Of a stretch of DNA of 64,000 nt, positions 28,332-41,179 are shown piece after piece. The position numbers and the translations under genes are program-made. Origin of the DNA: Octopus sinensis (taxonomy: Eukaryota). The first letter of the stretch is position 1. Each line of letters begins with the position of its first letter. The stretch spans positions 2,666,001 to 2,730,000 of the forward strand of contig NC_043025.1 of the NCBI RefSeq assembly GCF_006345805.1. The letters are read 5' to 3'. A model generated the notes under the pieces. The model worked only from the letters and a program-made list of their open reading frames with translations, did not search any database and was not told the DNA's origin.

Positions 28332-29495
28332 TAATAACGGTATTATTGTTGATAGTATTATTAGTTGTATTTACAATAATAATGCTAATAATAATAGGAA
28401 TAGTGTTGTTAGTGGTGGTAAAAATAATAGTAACAACAATCATAGCAATAAAACTTCGTTTCGATCTCGGAGGACAACACGAACGGAATTAAATTTTTGT
28501 CTAATAATTCTAAGATCAGGAATTCTATATACCAGTGTAAAATTTCTCCCGGTAACGATGTCTTCTTCTATATAAGTGCGTCCACTTCCCAGTTATCCAA
28601 GAGAATTTCAAGAGAATATGGAAGAGTTCAGAGTTGCAAATGTTACAAAATCTCCTGCCCTTATCGAAAGGAAAGGATAAAGACATTATGCACCAATTTA
28701 AATTAAAAACTATATTGTTGTCTTTAAGACGCCAAACTAATTTACTTAGCCCTGTAGGATGTCTTCTTCTATATAAGTGCGTCCACTTCCCAGTTATCCA
28801 AGAGAATTTCAAACCATTATTCATCATTTGGGATAGCAGAAAACGCCATACTACAGGGCTAAGTAAATTAGTTTGGCGTCTTAAAGACAACAATATAGTT
28901 TTTAATTTAAATTGGTGCATAATGTCTTTATCCTTTCTTTCGATAAGGGCAGGAGATTTTGTAACATTTGCAACTCTGAACTCTTCCATATTCTCTTCTC
29001 TAAGAATCCCCTTTTAAACACACTTGTAGAGAAATCGTATAACTGTAAACACTGCCAGAAACATACATTTTACTCATATAAATGATTTCGATATTCATTA
29101 TAGTTTGAACAATTAGTTTCACGTGCACTCCACTTCAATAGAGAAATTCTTTCCTAAGCCTATAGGACATTCTTTTAATCAACGTACCCCTCCCTCTCTA
29201 TCTGTTCCCCACTTATTATTCCTTTAACCCTTCTCTTCCTACTATCTACCTTTGACGTCAATTCTAATAACGGTTTTTTTAAAATACTTAATAACGTTTT
29301 GTTTATCATGTAGGCAGTCATCGTAATTGTTATAATGTATTGTTGTTGAAAGAGGCTCTCTTTCTTTCCTGATGAGAAGATTACATCTTACACCGTTTAT
29401 TCCTTTGGAATAAAACCATGTTGTCTTCGAAAATTATGTCGAAAGTAAAAGGAATTTTATTAACAACTTCGTTCAACTCCATTTATTTATTTATT
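27370..29495 (+). mobile_element. Penelope-like element remnant, copy B, with inverted terminal segment and an internal inversion-duplication
   Basis: Same PLE motifs as copy A. The 5' ATAAATGGAGTTGAACGAAG.GTTAACAAAATTCCTTT is the reverse complement of the 3' end (~29448-29490). Its hammerhead (29364-29445) has stem III mutated to ATTATG. Confidence 0.85.
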
Positions 29496-29669
29496 CATAT
29501 ATAACACACAAATTTCTGCACATGAAACCAGAGTTTCTACCTTTGGATAGGTCGCTTCAACCGTATTTCTGACGTGAATTTGCTACCCTGGTATCGGTTC
29601 ATCGAATTTTCCATGTTGACGGTAAACATATGATAATTCATTCACCTATCGAAATATATATATATATAT

Positions 29670-30560
29670 ATTGATTGATTCTAGTTTCAGCACATGAGCT
29701 GTGGCCATGCTAGGGCACCGCCATTTGGTGTTGCTACATGGTTTTACTTCACGAATGCCTTTTAGCAACTGCCATTTGGTGCATGAGAGAACTCGATGCA
29801 GCTGCCCTCATCTGCACCTCCTGCCGTGAAGTTGGTTCATCTGGGATACCTGACAAGAAGAGATCCAGTTTCATTTTAAAGACATCTGCATCCACCCCAT
29901 GCAGGTCTCTTAGATTCTTCGGGAGGATATTGAAGAACTCTGGGCCTCGGAAGCCCAGGCTATCACAGTATCTTGTCCTACATCTTGATGGCAAATTTGG
30001 AGTCCTAGGCACCACGCAGTGGCGCCCAGTTTTGGCATTTGTGTAACTCTCGATGCCAAAGTTTGGGACAAGTCCCTCCAGGATGTTATATATATTATAT
30101 ATATATATATAATATTGGGTCATATCGTGGATAATGCGGTTTTTCCATACATATTTTTGCAAAATTACGAAAAAACAAATTCATTTTTTAAAAATCCAAA
30201 ATATACTCTCCTTCTACATTGTTCTTCTGTCTCTCTGGTAGACTTACAAGGTCCCACTTCCAAAATTCACTTGTCCGTGACAAAAAATACTCTTCATGTA
30301 CAGTTCTGACCTCATCTACAGAATTCATATTTTAACCGTCCAAATGATTTTGAAGACTTCGGAATAAGTGATAATCAGATGGGGCAATGCCTGGCGATTA
30401 TGGTGGGTGGGGCATCGTTTCTCATTCAAACTGCTCCAGCCTTTGGAATGTCATTCTCGCTGTATATGGCCGAGGATTATCCGGATGGAGGAACACTTTT
30501 CGTCTTGAAACCATTTTCTGATAGCGCTGGTGTCGAGGAACCGATGAATGATCAATCAAT
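29670..30560 (-). mobile_element. CR1 3' fragment (~29670-30085) and mariner remnant (~30112-30560), copy B
   Basis: Paralogous to 22060-22950. Confidence 0.85.
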
Positions 30561-30790
30561 ATGACGTAATCTATATGACCCTTGGCTTAAATAGTAGAGC
30601 ACTCGAACCAGATATCGGAGGAGTGGTCGATCCTCAAGACTGGTTGAAGCCAAAATATTTTCTGCTCTTTTAAGGATTTTATCCTTTATATACACAGTGT
30701 GTGTGTGTGTGTATTTATACATGCATATGCATATTTGAACATGCGCTTCAGAGAGAGGATGCACGTACATGTATGCATTTATATGTACGT

Positions 30791-30839
<49 letters not shown>

Positions 30840-30867
30840 GTGTGCGTACATGTCTATGCATATATGT

Positions 30868-30919
<52 letters not shown>

Positions 30920-31774
30920 GCATATATATATATACACACGCACATATGTATATATCAACATACATATCCATATATGAATATATATGTGTATATTTATGCA
31001 TATATGCATATCTTTGCATTATTTATATGTGTGTGCATGCACGTGTGTGTGTGTCTGTGTGTGTGAGTTAGCACGTGTTTGTGTGTGTGTGACGATATCA
31101 CTATATATGAACGTATGCATATAGAAATGGCGAGGGAATACTCGTACAATGAACACCAGATTAATGCTCGTAAAAGTTCAGAACATTTCAAATCCAGTTT
31201 CTTAATAAGGGGCTTTTTCCCCCTGGAACAAGAGCTGGATATAAGAACTGTACACTTCGAAAGTATGGCATTATGTATCATCGATATTATTAATAAGATG
31301 TTTGTATAACCATTAAGAGAAATTTTATTAGCAATGCATAAATATATTCCTAGATCGTTTTGTACGTCTGTGTGACTATTTGACACGAAAATATCGATAC
31401 AGAAAATATCGATACAGAAGATATCTATCAAGCAGTAATCATAAAGAACAAATTAGCAAAAAAACACAATATATGGAAGCTTTTAGATTTGAAGAGACGA
31501 TTGTTTTGTGCAGAAGGAATTGGAAAATTCGGTTTACGTAGTTTAAATGCATGATAAGACGGTGAACTAGCAGAATCGATAGCGGTGCAAGCAAATTGCT
31601 TAGCGACATTTCGTTCGTCTTTCCTTTCTGCGTTCGAATCCCGTCGAGAAATAGGGAACAATGAAAGAATAACGAAAATAACAAAGAATAAACAAAAACA
31701 AAAACTGAGGAAAAACGAAATGAGACCAGAATCAGGGTGTGTGTGTGTGTGTGTACGAATATATATATATATAT

Positions 31775-32003
31775 TTCTTTACTACCCACAAGTGGCTAAA
31801 CACAGGGGAGGGGATACAAGGACAGACAAAAGGATTAAGTCGATTATATCGACCCCATTGCGCAACTGGTACTTATTTAATCGACCCGAAAGAGGAAAGG
31901 CAAAGTCGACTCGGCGGAATTTGAACTCAGAACGTAACAGCAGACGAAATACAACTACGCATTTCACCCGGCGTGCTAACGTTTCTGCCAGCTCGCCGCC
32001 TTT
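31775..32003 (-). mobile_element. Nin-domain-like SINE (paralogue 52557-52775)
   Basis: Reverse complement begins GGCGGCGAGCTGGCAGAAACGTTAGCACGCCGGG...GAGTTCAAATTCCGCCGAG. Confidence 0.8.
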
Positions 32004-33546
32004 TTATAATATATATAATTATATATATATATATAATTATATATATATAATTACATATATATACACAGGGTGCAGCAGTCCTTTTTGCATTTAATAACTT
32101 TTACAGTATACTAGTGTTATTAAGTAATTTTTTTATGGAACATAAATTTACTGCATTAGTTAAAGAAACAAATAATTAACTTATGAAGAAATCGCAAAAC
32201 TTTTGGGAATTTAAGTATTGATCCATCAAAACAATATGATTCAACATAAAAGGCTGTTACTTCAGCCGCACATTGTATATATGTGTGTGTGGGTGTGTGT
32301 GTTTTCACATGCATATCTTTCTATATATGTAGACATGTATTTATGTATAGAATGATCCGATGGACAGATAGAGAGAAAGAGATAGGGAGAGAGAGAGATT
32401 AATAATTCATGTATATTTATGGGTGCATAGAAATGCTAAATCTTAAAAGAAATATTAACAAATTTACCTCTATAATGCCGGCCCCAAATATGACTTTGAT
32501 TTTCACTTTTTACCAAAATTAAATAAAGTTTCGCCACTTATGTGAATATTCTGTTATTCAGATAATTCTACTGTCTTCCTTCGCAGCTTGTATCGGATAA
32601 GTATACTGACTGAACTACCCAGTTGTTTTAACTCTCTAAATGCATTTTTTAAAAACGACACCGTCAATTTTTTGTTTCTGTTGATTCTTGTGACTGGCTA
32701 CACTCGTTTTCTATCCGGAACATAAATCCGTTTTCCAACACTTCACATCTGTTGTCGAAGTGGTTGCAGAGCAACACGATATTAAGTGGTTTGCATAACA
32801 CAACATACCTCCCGTTCCAGGAATTGAAACCGAGATACCGTTATTAGCGACATTTCGTTCGTCTTTCCTTTCTGCGTTCGAATCCCGCCGAGAAAACAAA
32901 AACTGAGAAAAAACAAAATGAGACCAGAATCAGGGTGTGTGTGTGTGTGCGAATATAAAAGCCTTCAATGTTGGTTTCCTTGTCCTGTTTTTATGCTTTA
33001 TGTGTACTGTATTTTTATTTGTATTGCTTTTACGTCCTGTTCTTGTCACTTCTATTCTTTTTTTACCCCTCTGCAAAAGGAATTTTATTTAATTCCTTCT
33101 GCAGGAAGGATTGCTTCGGCGCATCGTGTTCTGCCCTTACCTTCGAGCTGGCAGAAACGTTAGCACGCCGAGCGAAATGCGCCATGTCATGCGCCCTCAA
33201 AAGCAATCAAATTACCAAAACTTTATTTGTCATATGTCCTGGCAACACCCAGAGAATATTCTTATATACTTGACGCCTTTCTAAAATAAACGCCATTGTT
33301 TTTATCGATTACTGGGATGGCGATATCTACTCAAAGACACGACCTCATCTCTCTAGTTACTAAAATGCAAACCCGACGAATTTTTATGGTTTCCTAGAAA
33401 AGATTAAAGAGTCGGTTCTAAATGATGTTTGTTGTTCACTGATTACATGACGATGGTCAGTGGCGTTTCAGTCGTGATCATCCCGTCGATTTACTTATAT
33501 TCCAGTGGGTGATGTGTTCTGTCGTAGTTAAAACGATAGATTGATA

Positions 33547-33709
33547 GGCGCAGTAGTGGCTGTGTGGTAAGTAGATTGCTAATCAACCACAGGGTTCCGG
33601 GTTCAGTACCACTGCGTGACATCTTGGGCAAGTGTCTTCTGTTATAGCCTCGGGCCGACCAATGCCTTGTGAGTGGATTTGGTAGACGGAAACTGAAAGA
33701 AGCCCGTCG

Positions 33710-33750
<41 letters not shown>

Positions 33751-33920
33751 ATGTGTTTGTTCTGTGTTTGTCCCCCTAGCATTGCTTGACAACCGATGCT
33801 GGTGTGTTTACGTCCCCGTCACTTAGCTGTTCGGCAAAAGTTACCGATAGAATAAGTCCTGGCGGTGCAAGGCATGGCCGCAGTCAAATGACTGAAACAA
33901 GTAAAAGAGTAAAGAGAGTA
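33547..33920 (+). mobile_element. Near full-length CORE-like tRNA-derived SINE, specific to copy B
   Basis: GGCGCAGTAGTGGCTGTGTGGTAAG...GGTTCAGTACCACTGCG...TTGGGCAAGTG...ACTGAAACAAGTAAAAGAG. Absent at the paralogous site (~54310-54330). Confidence 0.82.
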
Positions 33921-34277
33921 GAAGTTGGCTATTATTCCTTAACATTGTTTCAAATGCTTACGATAGGGCTGATAGCGCAAATGATCGATTGATGGACATT
34001 CATTAGTCCTGAAACCCTCATCTGCAAACACTATTGGAATGTACCACATGGAGTGGATGATAATTTTCATAGATCCCTCCGAAATCTCGCCGTTTTATCT
34101 AAGTCCGGCCTTACTATCAAGACGAACCATTCACTTGTTAAATGGCATCTGTGACTAAATCATTCCATTAGACGAATGTTAGTGATTATGTTCTATACGG
34201 TTTATTCCCCAAATGTGTTTGGAATAGTGAAATGTTCATGTGCATGGGTGATCCCAAGTACAATACGAGCTCTAACT

Positions 34278-34890
34278 TGCGAGCTGGCAGAAAGTTTAGC
34301 ACGCCGGGTGAAATGCGTAGCCGTATTTCGTCTGCCGTTACGTTCTGGGTTCAAATTCCGCCGAGGTCGACTTTGCCTTTCATCCTTTCGGGATCGATTA
34401 AATAAGTACCAGTTACGCACTGGTGTCGATATAATCGACTTAATCCGTTTGTCTGTCCTTGTTTGTCCTCTTTGTGTTTGGCCCCTTGTGGGTAGTAAAG
34501 AAATACTCATTTCGTCTGCCGCTACGTTCTGAGTTCAAATTCCGTCGAGGTCAACTTTGCCTTTCATCCTTTCGGGGTCGATAAATTAAGCACCAGTAAA
34601 ACAATGGGCCGATGTAATTGACTAGACCCCTTCCTTCAAATTTCAGGCCTTGTGACTATGGTAGAAAGTATTATTATTAGATATTTTATTGGCTGAACGA
34701 TATTTCGACAGTAAGTGTGTCACGAAATGCTTGGCGATATTTCGCCCATCGCTACGTTCTGAGTTCAAATTCCATCGGGCAAAGGCCTTTCATCCTTTCG
34801 GAGTTGATAAATTAAGTACCATTGAAACACTTGGGTCGGTGTAATTGACTTAACCCCTCCCCCGTATTGGCTGCCCTTGTAGCTCTTGTC
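34278..34890 (+). mobile_element. Cluster of three head-to-tail Nin-domain-like SINE pieces (paralogue 54633-55250)
   Basis: GTTCAAATTCC...GCCTTTCATCCTTTCG...ATTAA...GTACC occurs three times. Confidence 0.75.
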
Positions 34891-34905
34891 GCAACATTAT
34901 TATTA

Positions 34906-34999
<94 letters not shown>

Positions 35000-36027
35000 G
35001 AGTGAGAGAACAGTGCATGTCATCAAAGTGAAACTGGCGTAAAATATAAGAAGCCCAGTATACCCATCATGATTACCCATCTGATAAGGGTGCTCCAGGC
35101 CCATATCCATATGTGCTCGACATGGCGATCTTATATCAATATAAACAGTGCATAACTCTACAGATGGGTCCCAGTTAGATTTTCTGCAATTTCAGTAGCC
35201 CATCCCGCTCAAAAGTACCCTGAATTAAGTTTGTTTAAAGATGAACAAAATACCCATGTTTCCGGAGGGGTATTATTGAAATCCCAAAGAATTCCTCTCA
35301 ACACATGGCTATTGTGCTCCCCCACTAGTTTTGCTCGTGATCAGAGATGCACATATCGTCAGCCACTAAGGGACATGGTCAACTGGTTAAAATCAAGCAA
35401 ATGACAAGCAAATCTGTGGTATTGAGCAGAATATTTGCTGTAGGCCATCTTTTATACCAAGACAAAACAATGTACATGATAATACTTCCAAATTAGTTAA
35501 GATCAACAGCCATGAGAGACACTGCCTGATACTGCATTATTATTATTATTGTTTTTGTTGTTGTTGTTATTAGTATTATTGCTGTTGTTGTTGTTGTTAT
35601 TATTATTAGTTTATTTAAATTCTTTCGTCATACATACTATGATCTCCTCATCGAATCTCTGCTCCACCTGTTTCTTCTTATCCTGCTTAATGCATTATTA
35701 AAAATTGTATTTAATATCTACTTTTCTACTGTTTGTGAAGTGGATTGATTCTCAAATAATTTTTACTCGGAACAATTGTACATTTTTCCCTGGTTAAAAC
35801 GGAATTTCCCACTTGGTGCAGCTACATATTTTAGTAATTGTTTGCAAGTGCTATGATACTTGTGAAGCTTACTTTCAACGACGCAAATGTCTCGTTTTCA
35901 CAAATGCAAGTTTATGGTTGCATGAAAAATTCAAACAAGCTGAAGTAGACGGAGTGGGTAGCGCAGGTCGGGGGATAAACTCCTTATGGATGAGAGGAGG
36001 AGAAAAGACAGAGGAATGCATACACAC

Positions 36028-36068
<41 letters not shown>

Positions 36069-36492
36069 ACAATCAAGGAACGGCCATAATAGGCAATTCA
36101 CCCACTAGAAATAACAGCCAAAGCTTCAACCGCAAATACGGTTTACGGAGTTGACTTTTATTTGCGGTTGAAGCTTGGCTGTTATTTCTAGTGGGTGAAT
36201 GGCCTATTATGGCCGTTCCTTGATTGTTGATGTTGAACTTAAAAATGGTCTATGACTATTTAATTTTTTCCCACTAGGCCGCTGGTGGCAAAAAAATTCT
36301 ACAAAATTTTTTTTGCCACCCTATATTGATTATTATGAATTTTCTGGTTAATTCCGTAATGGAATCGACGGCTTATATTTATTTGCTGCCGATAAATTTG
36401 GCGCGAGTGCGATGATTTGAAAATTTTAGGTCAGATATTACCTTGGCAGGGTCAGAAATGCCTCGTGAAAATATCTGTTCCGACTTGTGGCT

Positions 36493-36598
36493 ATTTCTTA
36501 CTGAAGAATCTGAGGGCCTATGGAAGATTGGCTTGATTTAATTTAATCAGTTAGTTTACCATTAAACAGCAGATGAAACGGTGCATCGTATAAGAAAT
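36493..36598 (+). ncRNA. Type I hammerhead ribozyme, unit 1
   Basis: Stem I ATTTCTTA/TAAGAAAT, core CTGAAGA, stem II ATCTG...CAGAT, GAAA, stem III CGGTGCATCG, GUA triplet ending at 36590. Confidence 0.87.
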
Positions 36599-36981
36599 TA
36601 CAGGGTAAATGTTTTTTAATTTTCTCCTGTTTACGGAGTTGACTTTTATTTGCGGTTGAAGCTTTGGCTGTTATTTCTAGTGGGTGAATGGCCTATTATG
36701 GCCGTTCCTTGATTGTTGATGTTGAACTTAAAAATGGTCTATGACTATTTAATTTTTTCCCACTAGGCCGCTGGTGGCAAAAAAATTCTACAAAATTTTT
36801 TTTGCCACCCTATATTGATTAATTATGAATTTTCTGGTTAATTCCGTAATGGAATCGACGGCTTATATTTATTTGCTGCCGATAAATTTGGCGCGAGTGC
36901 GATGATTTGAAAATTTTAGGTCAGATATTACCTTGGCAGGGTCAGAATGCCTCGTGAAAATATCTGTTCCGACTTGTGGCT

Positions 36982-37091
36982 ATTTCTTACTGAAGAATCT
37001 GAGGGCCTATGGAAGATTGGCTGATTTAATTTAATTTAATCAGGTTAGTTTACCATTAAACAGCAGATGAAACGGTGCATCGTATAAGAAT
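36982..37091 (+). ncRNA. Type I hammerhead ribozyme, unit 2
   Basis: Same core and stems as unit 1. GUA ends at 37084. Confidence 0.85.
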
Positions 37092-37472
37092 TACAGGGTA
37101 AATGTTTTTTAAATTTTCTCCTGTTTACGGAGTTGACTTTTATTTGCGGTTGAAGCTTTGGCTGTTATTCTAGTGGGTGAATGCCTATTATGGCCGTTCC
37201 TTGATTGTTGATGTTGAAATTAAAAATGGTCTATGACTATTTAAATTTTTCCCACTAGGCCGCTGGTGCAAAAAATTCTACAAAATTTTTTTTGCCACCC
37301 TATATTGATTAATTATGAATTTTCTGGTTAATTCCGTAATGGAATCGACGGCTTATATTTATTTGCTGCCGATAAATTTGGCGCGAGTGCGATGATTTGA
37401 AAATTTTAGGTCAGATATTACCTTGGCAGGGTCAGAAATGCCTCGTGAAAATATCTGTTCCGACTTGTGGCT

Positions 37473-37579
37473 ATTTCTTACTGAAGAATCTGAGGGCCTA
37501 TGGAAGATTGGCTTGATTTAATTTAATCAGGTTAGTTTACCATTAAACAGCAGATGAAACGGTGCATCGTATAAGAAAT
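37473..37579 (+). ncRNA. Type I hammerhead ribozyme, unit 3
   Basis: Same core and stems as unit 1. GUA ends at 37571. Confidence 0.87.
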
Positions 37580-37803
37580 TACAGGGTAAATGTTTTTTAA
37601 ATTTTCTCCTGTTTACGGAGTTGACTTTTATTTGCGGTTGAAGCTTTGGCTGTTATTTCTAGTGGGTGAATGGCCTATTATGGCCGTTCCTTGATTGTTG
37701 ATGTTGAACTTAAAATGGTCTATGATTATTTAATTTTTTCCCACTAGGCCGCTGGTGGCAAAAAAATTCTACAAAATTTTTTTTTCCACCCTATATTGAT
37801 TAA

Positions 37804-37842
<39 letters not shown>

Positions 37843-37844
<2 letters not shown>

Positions 37845-38210
37845 TCTTTTACTTGTTTCAGTCATTTGACTGTGGCCATGCTGGAGCACCGGGAAATATT
37901 TTTGTAAACCCAGTACTTAATCTATCGGTCTGTTTTTGCCGAACCGCTAAGTGAAGAAGACATAAACACACCAGCATCGGTTGTCAAGCGACGTTGGATG
38001 GGAAAAACACAAACATACATGCACACACATATATACATACAGATATACGACGGGCTTCTTTCAGTTTCCGTCTACCAAATCCACTCACAAGGCTTTGGTC
38101 GGCCCGAGGCTATAGTAGAAGACACTTGCCCAAGGTGCCACGCAGTGGGACTGACCCTGGAACCATGTGGTTGGTAAACAAGCTACTTACCTCACAGCCA
38201 CTCCTACGCC
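37843..38210 (-). mobile_element. CORE-like SINE (paralogue of 25595-25945)
   Basis: Same family and same position within the duplicated block. Confidence 0.8.
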
Positions 38211-38312
<102 letters not shown>

Positions 38313-38598
38313 AAGAGAGAGAGAGAGATCTTTCTGTTTCTTTGCCTATCAAACTGCTTATCTAATTATTTATGTGTCTCTTTACCGTTCTCTCCCCCTC
38401 CCTATCCCCTCCCTCTCCCCTCTCTCTCACCCTCCATCCCTCTCTCCCTCTCTCCCTTTCTCTCTCGCCTAACTATCTATCTATTCAACCTTCCATCTGT
38501 CTCTCTATCTCTCTTCCTCTCGCTCGCTCTCTCATTTAGCATATATATGTGTATGTGTGTACGTATATATGTATGCAAATATACATATATATTTATAT

Positions 38599-38642
<44 letters not shown>

Positions 38643-39759
38643 CCCCCTTCGGTCATGAATGACCATGGGGTTGCACCTAGAAAGTTACCCTCCTAGGCAC
38701 AAGTCTGGGCAAGGTTGATTATGGAACACCAGCAGTCGCCCATGCATACCACCCTCCCCTCTCCCCGCCACCAGTGTTATCCAAGGGAAAGACAAAGGTC
38801 GATACAGCTTGGCACCAGTGACGTCGCAACTCATTTCTACAGCTGAGTGAACTGGAGCAACGTGAAATAAAGTGCCTTGCTCATATATATATATATATGT
38901 ATATATATAGGTATGGATATATATATATATATGTATATAAGGATAATATATATAACGATCATTATTTGAAATATCGATCTTATCAGGTGGTTAGCATGGG
39001 AATTAAAACCTCAAATGTCTTAATTAATTATTAAAATTATAACTAAGGGTATATAAGGGATACTACCACGCCAGAAATAGCAGCCAAAACGTTACTGTTT
39101 AACCATATTAATGTGGTTTCAGAGTAAAGCTTTTGCTGCTAAAACTATAAAATTCCACAAAAGTGGGGTCTTCTTCACAAGGACAACGGAGGAACGCTCC
39201 ACATTCTGGTTATCCCGACCCCCAGATGCACATCGACAGGCGTCTCTCTCCTTCTCAAACTCCTCCGGTTTACAAATGAAATTTCGGAGTAGGCCCATTC
39301 ACACGGGTCATCCTCTCCACATTCACCCACCTTTCGACAAATTTACTAGGGAGCAGAACTCCTCTCTCTAAACTAACGTTCCTTTTTCAGGTTGAAATTG
39401 AAAAAGTCGATGAGGTCTTCGCCGAAAGGAAACTACTTGTCTTCAGTCCTTTCAAACTTGTCTACCACACTATCCCTTACGCTACCAGACAGTATATGGG
39501 TGCGGCTGTGTGGTGACACACTTGCTTCCGATCCACAGGGTTTCCAGTTGGATCCCACTGCATGGCAGCATGGGAAAGTGTCCTCTTCCATAGCCTCGAG
39601 CCGACCGAAGCTTTGTGAGTGGATTTGGTAGACGGAAACTGAATGTAGCCCGTCGTGTGTGTGCGCGTGAGTGTGCGTATGTGTCCGTATGTGTACGGAC
39701 TACATCTAGCGTCAGCATACCTATATTTACCATAGACATTAATGGCTGATTTAGGGAAT

Positions 39760-40322
39760 CGTTAATGTATATACATCACAGGGGCTGCAATCGCCGAAAA
39801 ACACCGACTATGCTACCATTCAATTTCGAGTATTTCCGTTACCACTTCAGTTAAGGACTGCTCATTCATCTATTCAGGGCTTCTTCCACCGTCAGCATGC
39901 CATTAGTTACCATAAACATTTATGGCTGATTTAGGGAATCGCTAATGTACATGCAAAAATTGATATAAACAGCCATACGCAATGTGTTAGCAGCATAAAG
40001 GGAAAATATAATTGTCATTAAATGCGAGTAAGAGTGTCAAGATACCTACATTGCTAGAAATAAGAGCTAAAAAGCTCATTGTTGACGGTTGAGTAAGCCC
40101 GGAAATAGCCGAACGAGCAGCCCTTACTGAAGTGGCTATGGAAATAGCCGAAACTGAACGTTTAGTAAAGGAAATTGTCGAGTTGATGTTTTGGGGGCAA
40201 TTACAGCCCCTGTGAGCATATAGGTATACATTAATGTACTTTTACTAGAGCAATAGAGGGTTTTAGCTCTTATTTCTAGCAACGTAGGTATTGTGACACC
40301 CTTAGTCGCATTTAGAGACAAT
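39760..40322. repeat. Interleaved imperfect inverted repeats (old PLE-terminal-repeat-like remnant)
   Basis: ~39760-39883 pairs with ~40095-40237, and ~40010-40072 pairs with ~40260-40322. Contains a degenerate hammerhead-like motif at 40121-40171. Confidence 0.65.
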
Positions 40323-40323
40323 A

Positions 40324-40474
<151 letters not shown>

Positions 40475-40581
40475 GAGAGAGGTAGTTATAATATATAATA
40501 TATATATATTATATTACATTATTTTATATTTTATTATATCATATATATATATATATATATATATGCATGTATATATATATG

Positions 40582-40764
<183 letters not shown>

Positions 40765-41179
40765 ATTATCTCTATATATAAAACTGAAATGCGTTTTTAC
40801 CGCTTGGTTCGCTTTCTATGCCACTACATCCCGTCCGATTCGCTCCAAAATTTACAGGGACATGTAGAATGAGGTGACGATGCGCGTGGGCTACCTTAGA
40901 CATCCCTATCTTAAAAGGTGTGGTTGCTAGGGGCCATCTTCCTACCTCACCCTATTTCCTCCAGTACTCTGTCACTCCTCTTCATTTATGACTTTCAGAA
41001 TGCCACTACGGTTATTTAAAGTATCTGTCACTATCGCTATTTCCTTTCTTTTTCACTGACTCTGTTTCCTACCTTCCTATCACTTCGGCGGCGTTCTTTT
41101 AAGTATATGTCTGTCACCAACAATCAACACACGATCATGAGAACAAATATTTTGAATCAGATATTCTTGCGTTCATTTA

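Larger units (their letters stand above)
36065..37802 (+). mobile_element. Retrozyme-like / non-autonomous Penelope-type array: 74-bp inverted arm plus 3.4 tandem ~490-bp units, each full unit with a hammerhead ribozyme
   Basis: Units start at 36141, 36629, 37123 and 37611. 36065-36138 is the reverse complement of 36159-36231. Flanked by (TA)n, no ORF inside the units, and absent from the paralogous sites. Confidence 0.85.

Noticed and set aside
32066-32277. Possible MITE (CAGGGTGCAGC...GCCGCACA(T/C)TG), also ~52840-53050
   Set aside because: The terminal repeats are too short and mismatched to support a call.
39400-39445. CGATGAGGTCTTCGCCGAAA hammerhead-like string
   Set aside because: It lacks the CUGA core and convincing stems I and III.
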